64,000 nt of DNA from Pirellulales bacterium (GTDB taxonomy: Bacteria; Planctomycetota; Planctomycetia; Pirellulales; UBA1268): the NCBI GenBank assembly GCA_965249545.1, contig CBDFMH010000005.1, forward strand, positions 1,095,116-1,159,115, in the 5' to 3' direction. Of this stretch, positions 8,502-17,575 are shown piece by piece. Under the pieces are notes generated by a model. It made no database searches, had not been told where the DNA came from, and was given only the letters and a program-made list of their open reading frames with translations. A program made the translations under genes and the position numbers. Every line of letters starts with the position of its first letter. Positions within the stretch are counted from its first letter, which is position 1.

Positions 8502-9269
8502 TCAGGCCCTAGATTGGTGATGCCTAAACCAGATGTCCTGTAGCGAAAACATCCTGCCATCCGACGATTCGGGGTGAGACTCACGCTGAGTCTGCTGGTG
8601 ACGCTCGAATCCAAGGGAACAAATAAGCTGTTGCAGGTCTTCTGGTGTAGTTCCATTGTTTCGCCTAAGCCAGCCCGAGTTAAATTCACAGATCATGTTT
8701 TCTACACGCCCGGCTTCTATAAGGCGTTTCATGCCCTCGATGACATTAGGCTCATACCCTTCGCAATCGATCTTAATCAACTTGATAGATGGTGCCTTCC
8801 ACAGCAATTTGTAGTCATCCAGCATGATCCGTGGAACACTAATTTTGTTGAATTTTGGATCTGAAAAAAAAGCACTCGGTGAATGAAGTGCATCGTTGTC
8901 TGGCATGTAGAGCGTCATCTCTCCATTTTCTGAACCGGCTGCAGATCTTTCTAGAGTGACATTATTGACTTGGTTATCCGCAACTACCTTAACAAGTGCA
9001 TCAAACGCGGTTGGGCTGGGCTCAAAAGCTACGACATGCCCAGTGTCACCGACAACCTGACATCCAAGTGTCGTATACCAACCAAAATTTGCTCCGATAT
9101 CCACAAACCAATCGCCTTTACCAATGCATTGACGCACCCAGGAAGTCTGCTCTGGTTCATATTTACCGAGCGACATTGTTTTTTGAATACCTTCCGTCGT
9201 ATCCAGCTCCATGGTAACGCCATGAATGACATTACGGTATTTTTTGTTACGGCGTTTAAACAACCACAC
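8502..9269 (-). CDS. FkbM-family SAM-dependent methyltransferase
   Basis: Motifs: WFVDIGANFGWYT...HVVAFEPSPTAF...IKLIKIDCEGYEPNVIEGM...ICEFN. Confidence 0.85.
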   Translation of the reverse strand: MWLFKRRNKKYRNVIHGVTMELDTTEGIQKTMSLGKYEPEQTSWVRQCIGKGDWFVDIGANFGWYTTLGCQVVGDTGHVVAFEPSPTAFDALVKVVADNQVNNVTLERSAAGSENGEMTLYMPDNDALHSPSAFFSDPKFNKISVPRIMLDDYKLLWKAPSIKLIKIDCEGYEPNVIEGMKRLIEAGRVENMICEFNSGWLRRNNGTTPEDLQQLICSLGFERHQQTQRESHPESSDGRMFSLQDIWFRHHQSRA

Positions 9270-9811
9270 GAGTTATCCCTCTCTGTATTTTCATTACAAT
9301 ATCGTTTTGTTAAGTGGGCCTTAGGCCGAATTCAAGTGATCCCTATCATCTTGTGATTGATGGATTTAAAAATTGAGATACGAATGTTGTTTAAATCAAT
9401 AGTTGCAGATAAAAAGCGATCAATCAATAGTACTTTCACAAGCGTTTCACTCGGCGGGAGCAAATGAATGGTTTGACGAAGTCGTTTTAAGCCCGCGGAT
9501 TATTTGCAACCAGTCACGTTTTCTTGGATTATCAAAAAAAATCCAAGAAACTTTCTTTACTCCTCGGACACTCGTCCGAGAGATGCAAACCTGACCTTGC
9601 ATATTCCATGCCGGCACGGTCAAGCCAAAAACGGTACTACTACCACCCCCATCCATCCCGATCAGAGGGTGACGTGACTCTTTTTAGAATGTGACGCTTT
9701 TATCGACTTGTCATTGAGTGTCATCGAGGATCGCCAAATGAGCAATCGTGTTATGTATACTGAGCAAACACGATAGTTTCATTGGTATAGACGTTCTCGG
9801 ATATTGAAAAG

Positions 9812-9885
<74 letters not shown>

Positions 9886-10121
9886 GAAGTTTTCATACTA
9901 TACCCGATCCTCAGCAGAAATCAGGCAGTGCCTTTTCTAGAGGCCCCATGCCGGAAAGCTTGATTTTCTGCGGGCAAAACCATCGACGGTTTTCCGCCAT
10001 GTGCGGCATAATGATGGAAGTTGAAAAATGTCTTGGGGCGGTTCAGTACACCACCATCAAACAGCCATACCAAATACATAGTTTTTCTACTTCTCAAAAA
10101 ACGACCAATTATAACACTGTG

Positions 10122-11552
10122 ATGCAAAGCCAGGAAACGAAGAAACAAATAGAATCTGTACCGTCATGGTGGCAAAGCGATGATGCCTGGGCGATGATCA
10201 TGGCGGCTGGGCTGCTCGTCATTACCTGGTTTGCGTTGCAGCCGGTGCTTATTCCTGCAACAGGTGAAACATCATTTGAAAACCTGCTTGCACCATGGGT
10301 TGCCAAGCCGGGGAGCTGGACATTAAATCCACTTGTAGCATTCGATGGACTGACACAAGAGGCAGGGCCGTCAAAAGGGTTTGCTGTTCTGGCGACTGCC
10401 GGTGGTTGCATTGTTGTTTTTGTACTTGGGCTCGCCGGCACAGGCATCCCTCTTCGGAAAAGCCTGCCTGCTGTTACCACAGTCACCCTTCTGGCTGTTC
10501 TTGCATGGCTGGCAAGCACGCAAACAACAATAAAAGGTCTTCAACTGTCTTATGTGTTGTGGGCTTTTGTTGGCGGGTTATTTATTAGTAATGTCATCGG
10601 AATACCAAACTGGCTGAAGCCTGGGCTGCGGGGTGAACTCTATATTAAGACTGGCTTGGTATTGATGGGCTCTGGTCTTCTCTTTGGCACCCTGATGAAA
10701 CTTGGGCCTCCCGGCATTCTGGTGTCGTGGATCACGACACCAATTGTTCTTATTGGAACGTATCAATTTGGTCAGCGTGTGCTGAAGATCAAATCTAAAA
10801 CGCTGAATCTCGTTCTCTCTGCAGACATGAGCGTGTGCGGAGTATCGGCTGCAGTAGCAACGGCCGCTGCCTGTAAAGCAAAGAAAGAAGAACTCTCAAT
10901 TGCCGTTGGTATCTCGCTGGCGTTCACTGTTGTGATGATGTTTACATTGCCAGCGGTTTGCAATGCACTTGGACTTGATCAGGTGTTAGCTGGTGCATGG
11001 ATTGGTGGAACGGTCGACTCAACAGGTGCCGTTGTTGCAGCAGGTGAACTGGTTGGACCAATCGCCCGTGATGTTGCCGCCTCAGTAAAGCTGATTCAAA
11101 ACGTTATGATCGGTTTTATTTCGTTGGGGGTTGCTGCATGGTGGGCGCGGTCAGGTGAAGATGCTGACGGAGTTCAGATTCCTGCAACAGGATTAGGGCT
11201 GCTTCAAGAAATATGGAAGCGGCTGCCGAAATTTATTCTCGGTTTCGTTGCGGCCTCAGCTATTTTTACGCTCCTTGCCTCAACAGGCACTGAGGCACGG
11301 CAGGAGGGGATAGCTGCGATGCTCTCTGGCCCTGTGAAGATGATGCGGTCATGGTGTTTTTGTCTGGCGTTTGTCAGCATTGGGTTAGAAACGGATATAC
11401 GAAAACTGGCCAGCGTGATGGGTTCTATAAAACCCATCATTCTCTACCTGTGCGGGCAGGCGTTCAATTTATTGCTAACCTTTACCATGGCTTATCTTGC
11501 ATTCCGCGTTGTGTTTCCAGACGTTGCAGCACGTATCGCTGCTGGCGGGTAA
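10122..11552 (+). CDS. YeiH/UPF0324-family membrane protein (putative sulfate exporter family)
   Basis: A polytopic membrane protein with ...LSADMSVCGVSAAVATAAACKAKKEELS..., typical of the family. I placed the start at the ATG at 10122 (MQSQETKK...), because the longer listed ORF runs back to nt 9948, only ~60 nt downstream of the tRNA at 9812-9885. Confidence 0.7.
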   Translation: MQSQETKKQIESVPSWWQSDDAWAMIMAAGLLVITWFALQPVLIPATGETSFENLLAPWVAKPGSWTLNPLVAFDGLTQEAGPSKGFAVLATAGGCIVVFVLGLAGTGIPLRKSLPAVTTVTLLAVLAWLASTQTTIKGLQLSYVLWAFVGGLFISNVIGIPNWLKPGLRGELYIKTGLVLMGSGLLFGTLMKLGPPGILVSWITTPIVLIGTYQFGQRVLKIKSKTLNLVLSADMSVCGVSAAVATAAACKAKKEELSIAVGISLAFTVVMMFTLPAVCNALGLDQVLAGAWIGGTVDSTGAVVAAGELVGPIARDVAASVKLIQNVMIGFISLGVAAWWARSGEDADGVQIPATGLGLLQEIWKRLPKFILGFVAASAIFTLLASTGTEARQEGIAAMLSGPVKMMRSWCFCLAFVSIGLETDIRKLASVMGSIKPIILYLCGQAFNLLLTFTMAYLAFRVVFPDVAARIAAGG

Positions 11553-11608
11553 CACAATCAATGCAGTACCTGGCAGAATATTCTGGCCCTCTATCACTAA
11601 TAAAAAGT

Positions 11609-12511
11609 ATGTCACTCAAAGATACTTTCAAACTCGCCACTAAAATGTTTCGCGTTGCACCGGGCGAGGCACCGAAACTCGATGCACGCGATACAGCATG
11701 GGCAGGTGATGAAGACCGGTCAGAGAAAAAGCGAAAGAAGCAGGCAGGTAAAATTCTTGAGGATGGTGTTGAGGAACTAGCAGAATTACAAGAATTGTTG
11801 TACGCCTCTGATACGTGGAGTGTGTTGGTTGTGTTTCAGGCACTCGACGCTGCTGGTAAGGACGGTGCCATTAAGCACGTGATGAGTGGTGTCAATCCAC
11901 AGGGTGTAGAAGTGACGAGTTTCAAAGAGCCCTCGTCGGAAGATCTCGATCATACATTTCTCTGGCGGTGTATGAAGAAACTTCCTGAACGGGGTCGAAT
12001 TGGGATATTTAATCGATCCTATTATGAAGAAGTACTCATTGTTCGAGTGCATCCAGATCTGTTAGAAGCCCAAAGTATCCCGAATGTGTATGCAGAAGAT
12101 CAGACATGGCAGGATCGATTTGATGATATCAATGCCTTCGAAAGGCATCTTGCTCGCAACGGCACAAAGATCGTGAAGTTTTTTCTCCACGTTTCAAAAG
12201 AAGAACAAAAAAGTAGATTCCTTGATCGCATCAATCGGCCAGATAAACACTGGAAGTTTGCCGCTGCTGATATTACTGAGCGACAATACTTTGATGACTA
12301 CACAAAAGCGTATGAAGAGATGATCGCTGCCACCAGTACTGACCATGCACCGTGGTATATCATTCCAGCGGACAAGAAGTGGGTGAGCCGTGCTGCGGTT
12401 GCCACTATATTGGCAGGCACGATTCAGCAACTTGGTCTGACCTGGCCTGCGGTGTCTGAAGAGCAGGAACAAGAAATTGAATCTGCACGAAAAAAACTCG
12501 AAGCCGAGTAA
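11609..12511 (+). CDS. ppk2: Polyphosphate kinase 2 (PPK2) family protein
   Basis: Motifs: VFQALDAAGKDGAIKHVMSGVNPQGVEV...FLWRCMKKLPERGRIGIFNRSYYEEVLIVRVHP. The start is uncertain (ATG 11609 or 11561). The listed 11351 start overlaps the upstream gene. Confidence 0.85.
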   Translation: MSLKDTFKLATKMFRVAPGEAPKLDARDTAWAGDEDRSEKKRKKQAGKILEDGVEELAELQELLYASDTWSVLVVFQALDAAGKDGAIKHVMSGVNPQGVEVTSFKEPSSEDLDHTFLWRCMKKLPERGRIGIFNRSYYEEVLIVRVHPDLLEAQSIPNVYAEDQTWQDRFDDINAFERHLARNGTKIVKFFLHVSKEEQKSRFLDRINRPDKHWKFAAADITERQYFDDYTKAYEEMIAATSTDHAPWYIIPADKKWVSRAAVATILAGTIQQLGLTWPAVSEEQEQEIESARKKLEAE

Positions 12512-12535
12512 GTCCGAATGAGTTGTAGCCGAATG

Positions 12536-14467
12536 CTACGCTGAACGTTTGAGTGGAACTTCTTGTGATGTTCCGATCTGGCCAGCGATTGCTTTGGCTG
12601 TCTCGGATTTCTTTGGCAGTATGTATTCAGGGACAAGTTGGTGGAGAAGGGCACGGACTTCATCGGCCGGCCTATGCAAAACAGTGGTTAACTGCTCAAT
12701 CACTATGTCTGTATTCTCAACACCAACAGCCTTTATTTCAGCTGAATGAATTTTCGGGTGGGCTGTGTCCAAAAGCTTTTCGTGTTCCGTAAAAAGTTCT
12801 TCGTAAAGCTTTTCACCCGGCCGCAATCCGGTATAGCGAATTTCAATATCCCGACCGACTTCAAGGTTCGATAGCCGCACCATGTCATGGGCAAGGTCGG
12901 CGATACGGATGGGTTCACCCATATCAAGCACAAAGACCTCACCACCTTTGCCAAGAAGACCGGCTTGAATGACGAGCCGAGCGGCTTCTGGAATCGTCAT
13001 GAAGTACCGCTCAATATCTGGGTGGGTTACCGTGATCGGCCCACCTTTAAGAATCTGCTCTCGGAAAACGGGCACAACGCTGCCAGCTGAGTTGAGGACG
13101 TTGCCAAACCGTACTGTCGAGAACTGTGTGTTCGATTCTGCTGCAATCAGTTGTACAAGCATTTCAGCCACACGTTTACAGCAGCCCATAACACTTGTTG
13201 GGTTGACCGCCTTGTCTGTTGAAATCATGACAAATGTTTCGACGTCATGTTTGTCTGCAGCACGAGCAAGAATGGATGTCGCCAGTGGTATATTCTTGAT
13301 GGCCTCACCGGGGTGTTGTTCCATGAGCGGTACATGTTTATACGCTGCAGCATGGAAGATGATATCTGGTTGATGTTCGGCAAAGACGTGACTCACCCGA
13401 TCAGCATCAGTAATATCCGTGACCGATGGAACAATAGTCGTACTCGAGTGAGCATCATTGAGCTCTCGCTCAACCCAGAACAGGCCAGTTTCACTCCGGT
13501 CAAGCACGATTAATTGTTCTGGGCCATGTTTTATGAGCTGCCGACAGAGTTCAGAGCCAATACTACCCGAGGCACCTGTCACCATGATTGTTTTGTTGCA
13601 AAGCCAACGAGTGAGACCGTCTGTATCAGTATCAACTGCTTGGCGACCGAGCAGGTCAGCAATGTCAATCGGTCGTGGCTGCATGTGGACCTTGCCACTT
13701 ATAAGCGTGTGAATTGCCGGGATGATCGTCGCTGTACAACCAGCAGCAGCACACTGTTTCTGAAGTTCGGCAACTTCACTCCCGAGGAAGGTTTGTGATA
13801 GCAGCATGACCTCATCAATCTTGTGCTTGTCGATGATGCGATTAATATTTTTTGTCGTACCGAGGACTGAAATACCACCTGTTGAACGACCGACAAGGTT
13901 TCGGTCTTCTTGCTTGGCGATCATACCAACAACAACTCGATGTTCTTTTTGTGAGATGTCTGATTGAATTGCCCGTACCACCGCTTCACTTGATGGGCAG
14001 GTGCCAACAAGTAAGACCCGGCTTGCTGTGCCAAGTGAACGGCGACGAACAAAGTCACCAATTTCACAGGCTGCACCACGCAAACCACCAAGGAGTGAGA
14101 TGGCTATGAACCAGTCAATGACCCAGATGCTACGGGGAATTGATGCCTGTGTAACGATGGCTACCGGTGCGGCAACAGCCAGCCCCATGGTTACTCCAAA
14201 GATGAGCTGCCAGAGATCACGCAGCGTGAGTCCACGGATGCTACTCCGAACCCCAGCAACTGCGAGCAACATAAAAAACTGTACGGGTACCAGAATCCCG
14301 AGACACGACAGAAGGCTGTCGATGTTTTGCGCATCAAGAATACCCTCAAATCGAATGACATACGCCAATGCTACAGCCAGAGCAAGGCTCCCAAGCTGTA
14401 CCATGTTCCAAGCCATGTCACGCGTTGATGGTAAACGTAATCCACCAAGTGGTCGTTTTTCTGTCAT
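12536..14467 (-). CDS. Membrane-anchored nucleotide-sugar 4,6-dehydratase/epimerase (CapD/PglF/WbpM family)
   Basis: N-terminal TM helices are followed by ...IMVTGASGSIGSELCRQL...IFHAAAYKHVPLME...FVMISTDKAVNPTSVMG.... Confidence 0.85.
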   Translation of the reverse strand: MTEKRPLGGLRLPSTRDMAWNMVQLGSLALAVALAYVIRFEGILDAQNIDSLLSCLGILVPVQFFMLLAVAGVRSSIRGLTLRDLWQLIFGVTMGLAVAAPVAIVTQASIPRSIWVIDWFIAISLLGGLRGAACEIGDFVRRRSLGTASRVLLVGTCPSSEAVVRAIQSDISQKEHRVVVGMIAKQEDRNLVGRSTGGISVLGTTKNINRIIDKHKIDEVMLLSQTFLGSEVAELQKQCAAAGCTATIIPAIHTLISGKVHMQPRPIDIADLLGRQAVDTDTDGLTRWLCNKTIMVTGASGSIGSELCRQLIKHGPEQLIVLDRSETGLFWVERELNDAHSSTTIVPSVTDITDADRVSHVFAEHQPDIIFHAAAYKHVPLMEQHPGEAIKNIPLATSILARAADKHDVETFVMISTDKAVNPTSVMGCCKRVAEMLVQLIAAESNTQFSTVRFGNVLNSAGSVVPVFREQILKGGPITVTHPDIERYFMTIPEAARLVIQAGLLGKGGEVFVLDMGEPIRIADLAHDMVRLSNLEVGRDIEIRYTGLRPGEKLYEELFTEHEKLLDTAHPKIHSAEIKAVGVENTDIVIEQLTTVLHRPADEVRALLHQLVPEYILPKKSETAKAIAGQIGTSQEVPLKRSA

Positions 14468-15811
14468 TTATCTACGTGCTCCAGGTGTACCAACTGATTT
14501 GTTGAGCGCGGGTGGCATGCTTGCCTGCTCAATACGCAGTTGCTTGAGTCGTTGAATCCGCCCCTGAAGTTTTTGACTATCTGGGCGCCGCAAGAGGCAC
14601 CAGTCGATTTCTTTTTTTGCTGTTGTCGTATCACCGGATGCCAAGGCTAGGTCAATATGCACGAGCCGCATCTGAAAATTATTTGGATTGGCAACGAGTG
14701 CTGCTGTAATGGTCGCGGCAGCGTTGTCAGTGTTTCCGAGTGTTCGTTCGATAATGGCAGCTTCGTAGAGAAGGCTCGATTGTTTTGTTCCCTTCACGTG
14801 TTGTGCTGCTTCATACACCTTGGCGAGGCGTAGCTCTTTCACTGGCTTTATATCTTCTTTTGATGACGACCGAGACCAGAGGCCATCAATTGCTCGTAAG
14901 CCAGTTACATCTGGTTGTAATAGTTCGCATGCCGCCACTGCCGACATCATCGGAAGCAGCACGTTCAGAACACGGCCCCGTTCTGAAGGGCATTCGGCAA
15001 AGCACTGTTGCCGAAGTTGCATTGCACGACTTTTGTCACCATCAAGTTCAGCCTGATTGGCAGCCTCAAAAAGTACCTGACCTTCGTGTGGTCGAACAAG
15101 TAGTGCTTGATTGATGCAGGCCTGTGGTAAACCAGAATCTTGCGTGTTCAGGAATGAAGTCGCTGCAAGCATACACCAAGCATTTCCTGCACAGGGGTTA
15201 ACGGTTACGGCTTGCAACGCGGCACTCGTGGCTTGTGTGAGATCCCGAAAACCATCTCCAGTAATCTTTTGAATCCATGTGATGCGAGCCTCGGTCGATT
15301 CGAATTGAGTCTGTTCAACAGTCTGACGGATCTCAGTGAGCCCAACGGTTTCACCTGTAATCCTTCGTGTCAGACCAAAGTGTTCTAGTTTGCAGAATGC
15401 CAGATCAGCCCACGCCTGCGTGTGATCTGGCTGAAGAGCAACGGTTTTTTCAAGAGAATCGATCCGGGCTTCAAGTTCTGTGACGATCTCGTGCTCAGTG
15501 GTGCTCTCATCGGGTGAGCCCGCAGTTTTCATCTTGGTCTTTGCAGCATAAAGTGCAGCCTGACCGGTGCTTTGCCTGCTGACTTTTTCAATCATGCGCG
15601 ACTGCTTGATTGAGTTTTCAAAAAAGACCTGTGCCTTGGCCGCCTGCAGTTGTCTATGGCCAATAAAAACAAGCACTGCAACGGCACCAACACTGGCAAT
15701 CGTGGCGGAGGCTCGGTCAAGGGTAAGTCGTGGCAGTGAGAGAGTGTGAATATGGCTTGACGCCAGCTTCACAGCACATACGCTCCGAGAAGCATCATTA
15801 ATGTTGAGCAT
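14468..15811 (-). CDS. Membrane-anchored TPR-like repeat protein (hypothetical)
   Basis: One hydrophobic segment (ATIASVGAVAVLVFIG) is followed by a helical, Ala/Leu-rich repeat region. Its stop abuts the capD-like start (TAAATG). The start is uncertain, since the listed ORF overlaps the upstream gene by 43 nt. Confidence 0.5.
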   Translation of the reverse strand: MLNINDASRSVCAVKLASSHIHTLSLPRLTLDRASATIASVGAVAVLVFIGHRQLQAAKAQVFFENSIKQSRMIEKVSRQSTGQAALYAAKTKMKTAGSPDESTTEHEIVTELEARIDSLEKTVALQPDHTQAWADLAFCKLEHFGLTRRITGETVGLTEIRQTVEQTQFESTEARITWIQKITGDGFRDLTQATSAALQAVTVNPCAGNAWCMLAATSFLNTQDSGLPQACINQALLVRPHEGQVLFEAANQAELDGDKSRAMQLRQQCFAECPSERGRVLNVLLPMMSAVAACELLQPDVTGLRAIDGLWSRSSSKEDIKPVKELRLAKVYEAAQHVKGTKQSSLLYEAAIIERTLGNTDNAAATITAALVANPNNFQMRLVHIDLALASGDTTTAKKEIDWCLLRRPDSQKLQGRIQRLKQLRIEQASMPPALNKSVGTPGARR

Positions 15812-17265
15812 GCTGGCACATACCAGATAAAGTCAGTGGCAGCATGAACAGTTCCAGCAGTCAGGCCACCGGTCAGAGCAATTGCCATTACCTGCTCTTG
15901 GGACGTACCTTTCAAGAACACAACAACGCAGCATAGAAATCCAACAATAAGAGCGGTGATTGCTATTCCAATGCCGACAAGTCCGGTTTCAACACCAAGA
16001 TTCAGGTAGCTGTTTTCCGCATGAGTGAAAATTCGTTTGTCAGTCGGCGGCATGTAGGCTTTGGTAACCGCAGCATGGCTTCCGATGCCTGTTCCAAGAA
16101 TTGGAAAGTCAGTAATTGTTTCCACTGCTGCTTGCCAGACCTCACGACGCCCAGCAAGGTGGGTGTCTTCAGCATCACTGAATATGCCACCGAGTTCAGT
16201 CCAGATGGTATCCAGTCGTGCATTGACTCGATCCATTCCGTGAATAGTCAAAGCCATTCCAATCAAAAGAATAATACCGAGGCAGCCGCTGGCTACTTTT
16301 GGTGTGAGATGGCCGGTCTTCAGAAGCATTCCTGTGGCGACAAGCCCAACGACTGCGAGGCTCATGGTGCCACCCCGTGATAACGAGAGCAGTACAGCAA
16401 AAGTTGTGATACCAAGAGCGACTAGGCCAATTGCCAGTCGGTGTTCAGGCTGAATGCCCGAGGGGATCTGGGTGCTTGAAGAACGTTGTCGTCTTCTGCC
16501 ACTTTGAGATGATTTCTGTGTTGCTGCCCTGTTGCCTCGCTTTGTTTGCTCGGGTTTAAAAGTCCACCACACGAGTGATCCAACACCAATCGCCAGAAAA
16601 CTTGCGTAATGATTTCGATTGCTAAACGTACCCTTCACAATACTTCGTGTATCGTTAAAAGCGAACTCATAGAACCAGAGGTAGTTTCCGTTACTGGTGA
16701 GATACTGAACAACGCCAAGTGCTGCCATAAGACCAGTGGCAACTGCAACAACCAGCAGGATTCGTTCAATATCTTGATTTGACTGGATTGTTTGAAAAAT
16801 ACATCCGACAAGAATGATCTGAGCAACAAAAATTCCGATACCAACAGATGTTTCACTGGGAGTCAGTGAAAGGGTGCTCCACTGACCAAGGGTCCATGGG
16901 CCGTCTGTCCAGCACGGCAAGAGTGTTGAAAGATGTGGTGAAATACTTTTGATGAGAGCCGCTGAAAGCGGAATGACCTGAATGACGGCAATGGCTATTC
17001 CAGCAGTAAAAAGCAGATCAAGAACACTCAATTGCCAGCCAGCATCATTCTTGTGATAGCAATGGAAAAGCCACGCACCAGCCGCTGCTATTGCTGCAGC
17101 ACTCAGAAAAAGCTGCCCAAGAGGATGCCTCCCTCCCATACCAAGCGGCATGAGTATGACGGCTAAAACGATAGGAATGAAAAGAGCACATGTCTCTGGT
17201 GAAACAGCCCAACCTGATGACTGAGCTGATCGGTGGTGACGTCGTGCTCGTACACGCTCACTCAT
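15769..17265 (-). CDS. O-antigen ligase/polymerase-type membrane protein (Wzy_C domain)
   Basis: A polytopic protein with ...GTFSNRNHYASFLAIGVG... and ...THAENSYLNLGVETGLVG.... Its ATG overlaps the TGA of the restored wzc frame (ATGA at 17262-17265). Confidence 0.75.
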   Translation of the reverse strand: MSERVRARRHHRSAQSSGWAVSPETCALFIPIVLAVILMPLGMGGRHPLGQLFLSAAAIAAAGAWLFHCYHKNDAGWQLSVLDLLFTAGIAIAVIQVIPLSAALIKSISPHLSTLLPCWTDGPWTLGQWSTLSLTPSETSVGIGIFVAQIILVGCIFQTIQSNQDIERILLVVAVATGLMAALGVVQYLTSNGNYLWFYEFAFNDTRSIVKGTFSNRNHYASFLAIGVGSLVWWTFKPEQTKRGNRAATQKSSQSGRRRQRSSSTQIPSGIQPEHRLAIGLVALGITTFAVLLSLSRGGTMSLAVVGLVATGMLLKTGHLTPKVASGCLGIILLIGMALTIHGMDRVNARLDTIWTELGGIFSDAEDTHLAGRREVWQAAVETITDFPILGTGIGSHAAVTKAYMPPTDKRIFTHAENSYLNLGVETGLVGIGIAITALIVGFLCCVVVFLKGTSQEQVMAIALTGGLTAGTVHAATDFIWYVPACSTLMMLLGAYVL

Positions 17266-17575
17266 GCAGCCCTCATATAGGTTTCTTCTTCCTCTTCGTC
17301 ACCATACTCGTCGTCATCGTCCAGGCCGTATTCGTCACCGTATCCATAGCCGTATCCATACCCATAGCCGTATCCGTATATCCCATTTCTTCAAGACCAA
17401 CGGCATTCACGACCGTGCCAAAGAGCGTGACACCAAACATCCGTAAGGTTTCGACAGCTTTGATCAGAACACGACGTCTATTTTTCTCTGGTCGTACCAC
17501 AAGCATGAGGCCATCGCACAAGCCGCCCAACGGCAGCAGCATCCGTCCCGGCAAGCACCGGTGGTGCGTCAACAA
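17262..17575 (-). CDS. wzc: C-terminal remainder of wzc (read in a second frame 17386-17515, then back in the original frame for the Tyr cluster)
   Basis: Listed ORF 17273..17575 contains CDGLMLVVRPEKNRRRVLIKAVETLRMFGVTLFGTVVNAV, a canonical BY-kinase C-domain. The original frame from ~17380 reads YGYGYGYGYGYGYGDEYGLDDDDEYGDEEEEETYMRAA* and ends at 17262. Confidence 0.65.

Larger units (their letters stand above)
7975..9811 (-). mobile_element. Cassette B: tRNA-proximal ~1.84-kb att-bounded unit (140-bp arm, FkbM methyltransferase, intact 151-aa gene, tRNA 3' fragment)
   Basis: The unit starts immediately after the tRNA 3' end and ends with the 18-nt repeat at 7975-7992. No integrase is present. 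Confidence 0.4.

Noticed and set aside
9523-9580. Two perfect hairpins (cttggatt-N9-aatccaag at 9523-9547; ctcggac-actc-gtccgag at 9563-9580) as intrinsic terminators
   Set aside because: Neither is followed by a U-tract on either strand. They may still insulate the tRNA from the methyltransferase gene, but I cannot support a terminator call.
11351-11608. The long 5' extension of the PPK2 ORF
   Set aside because: It overlaps the 3' 200 nt of the YeiH-family gene in another frame, and its translation is Cys/Arg-rich nonsense. PPK2 homology begins after the ATGs at 11561 and 11609.
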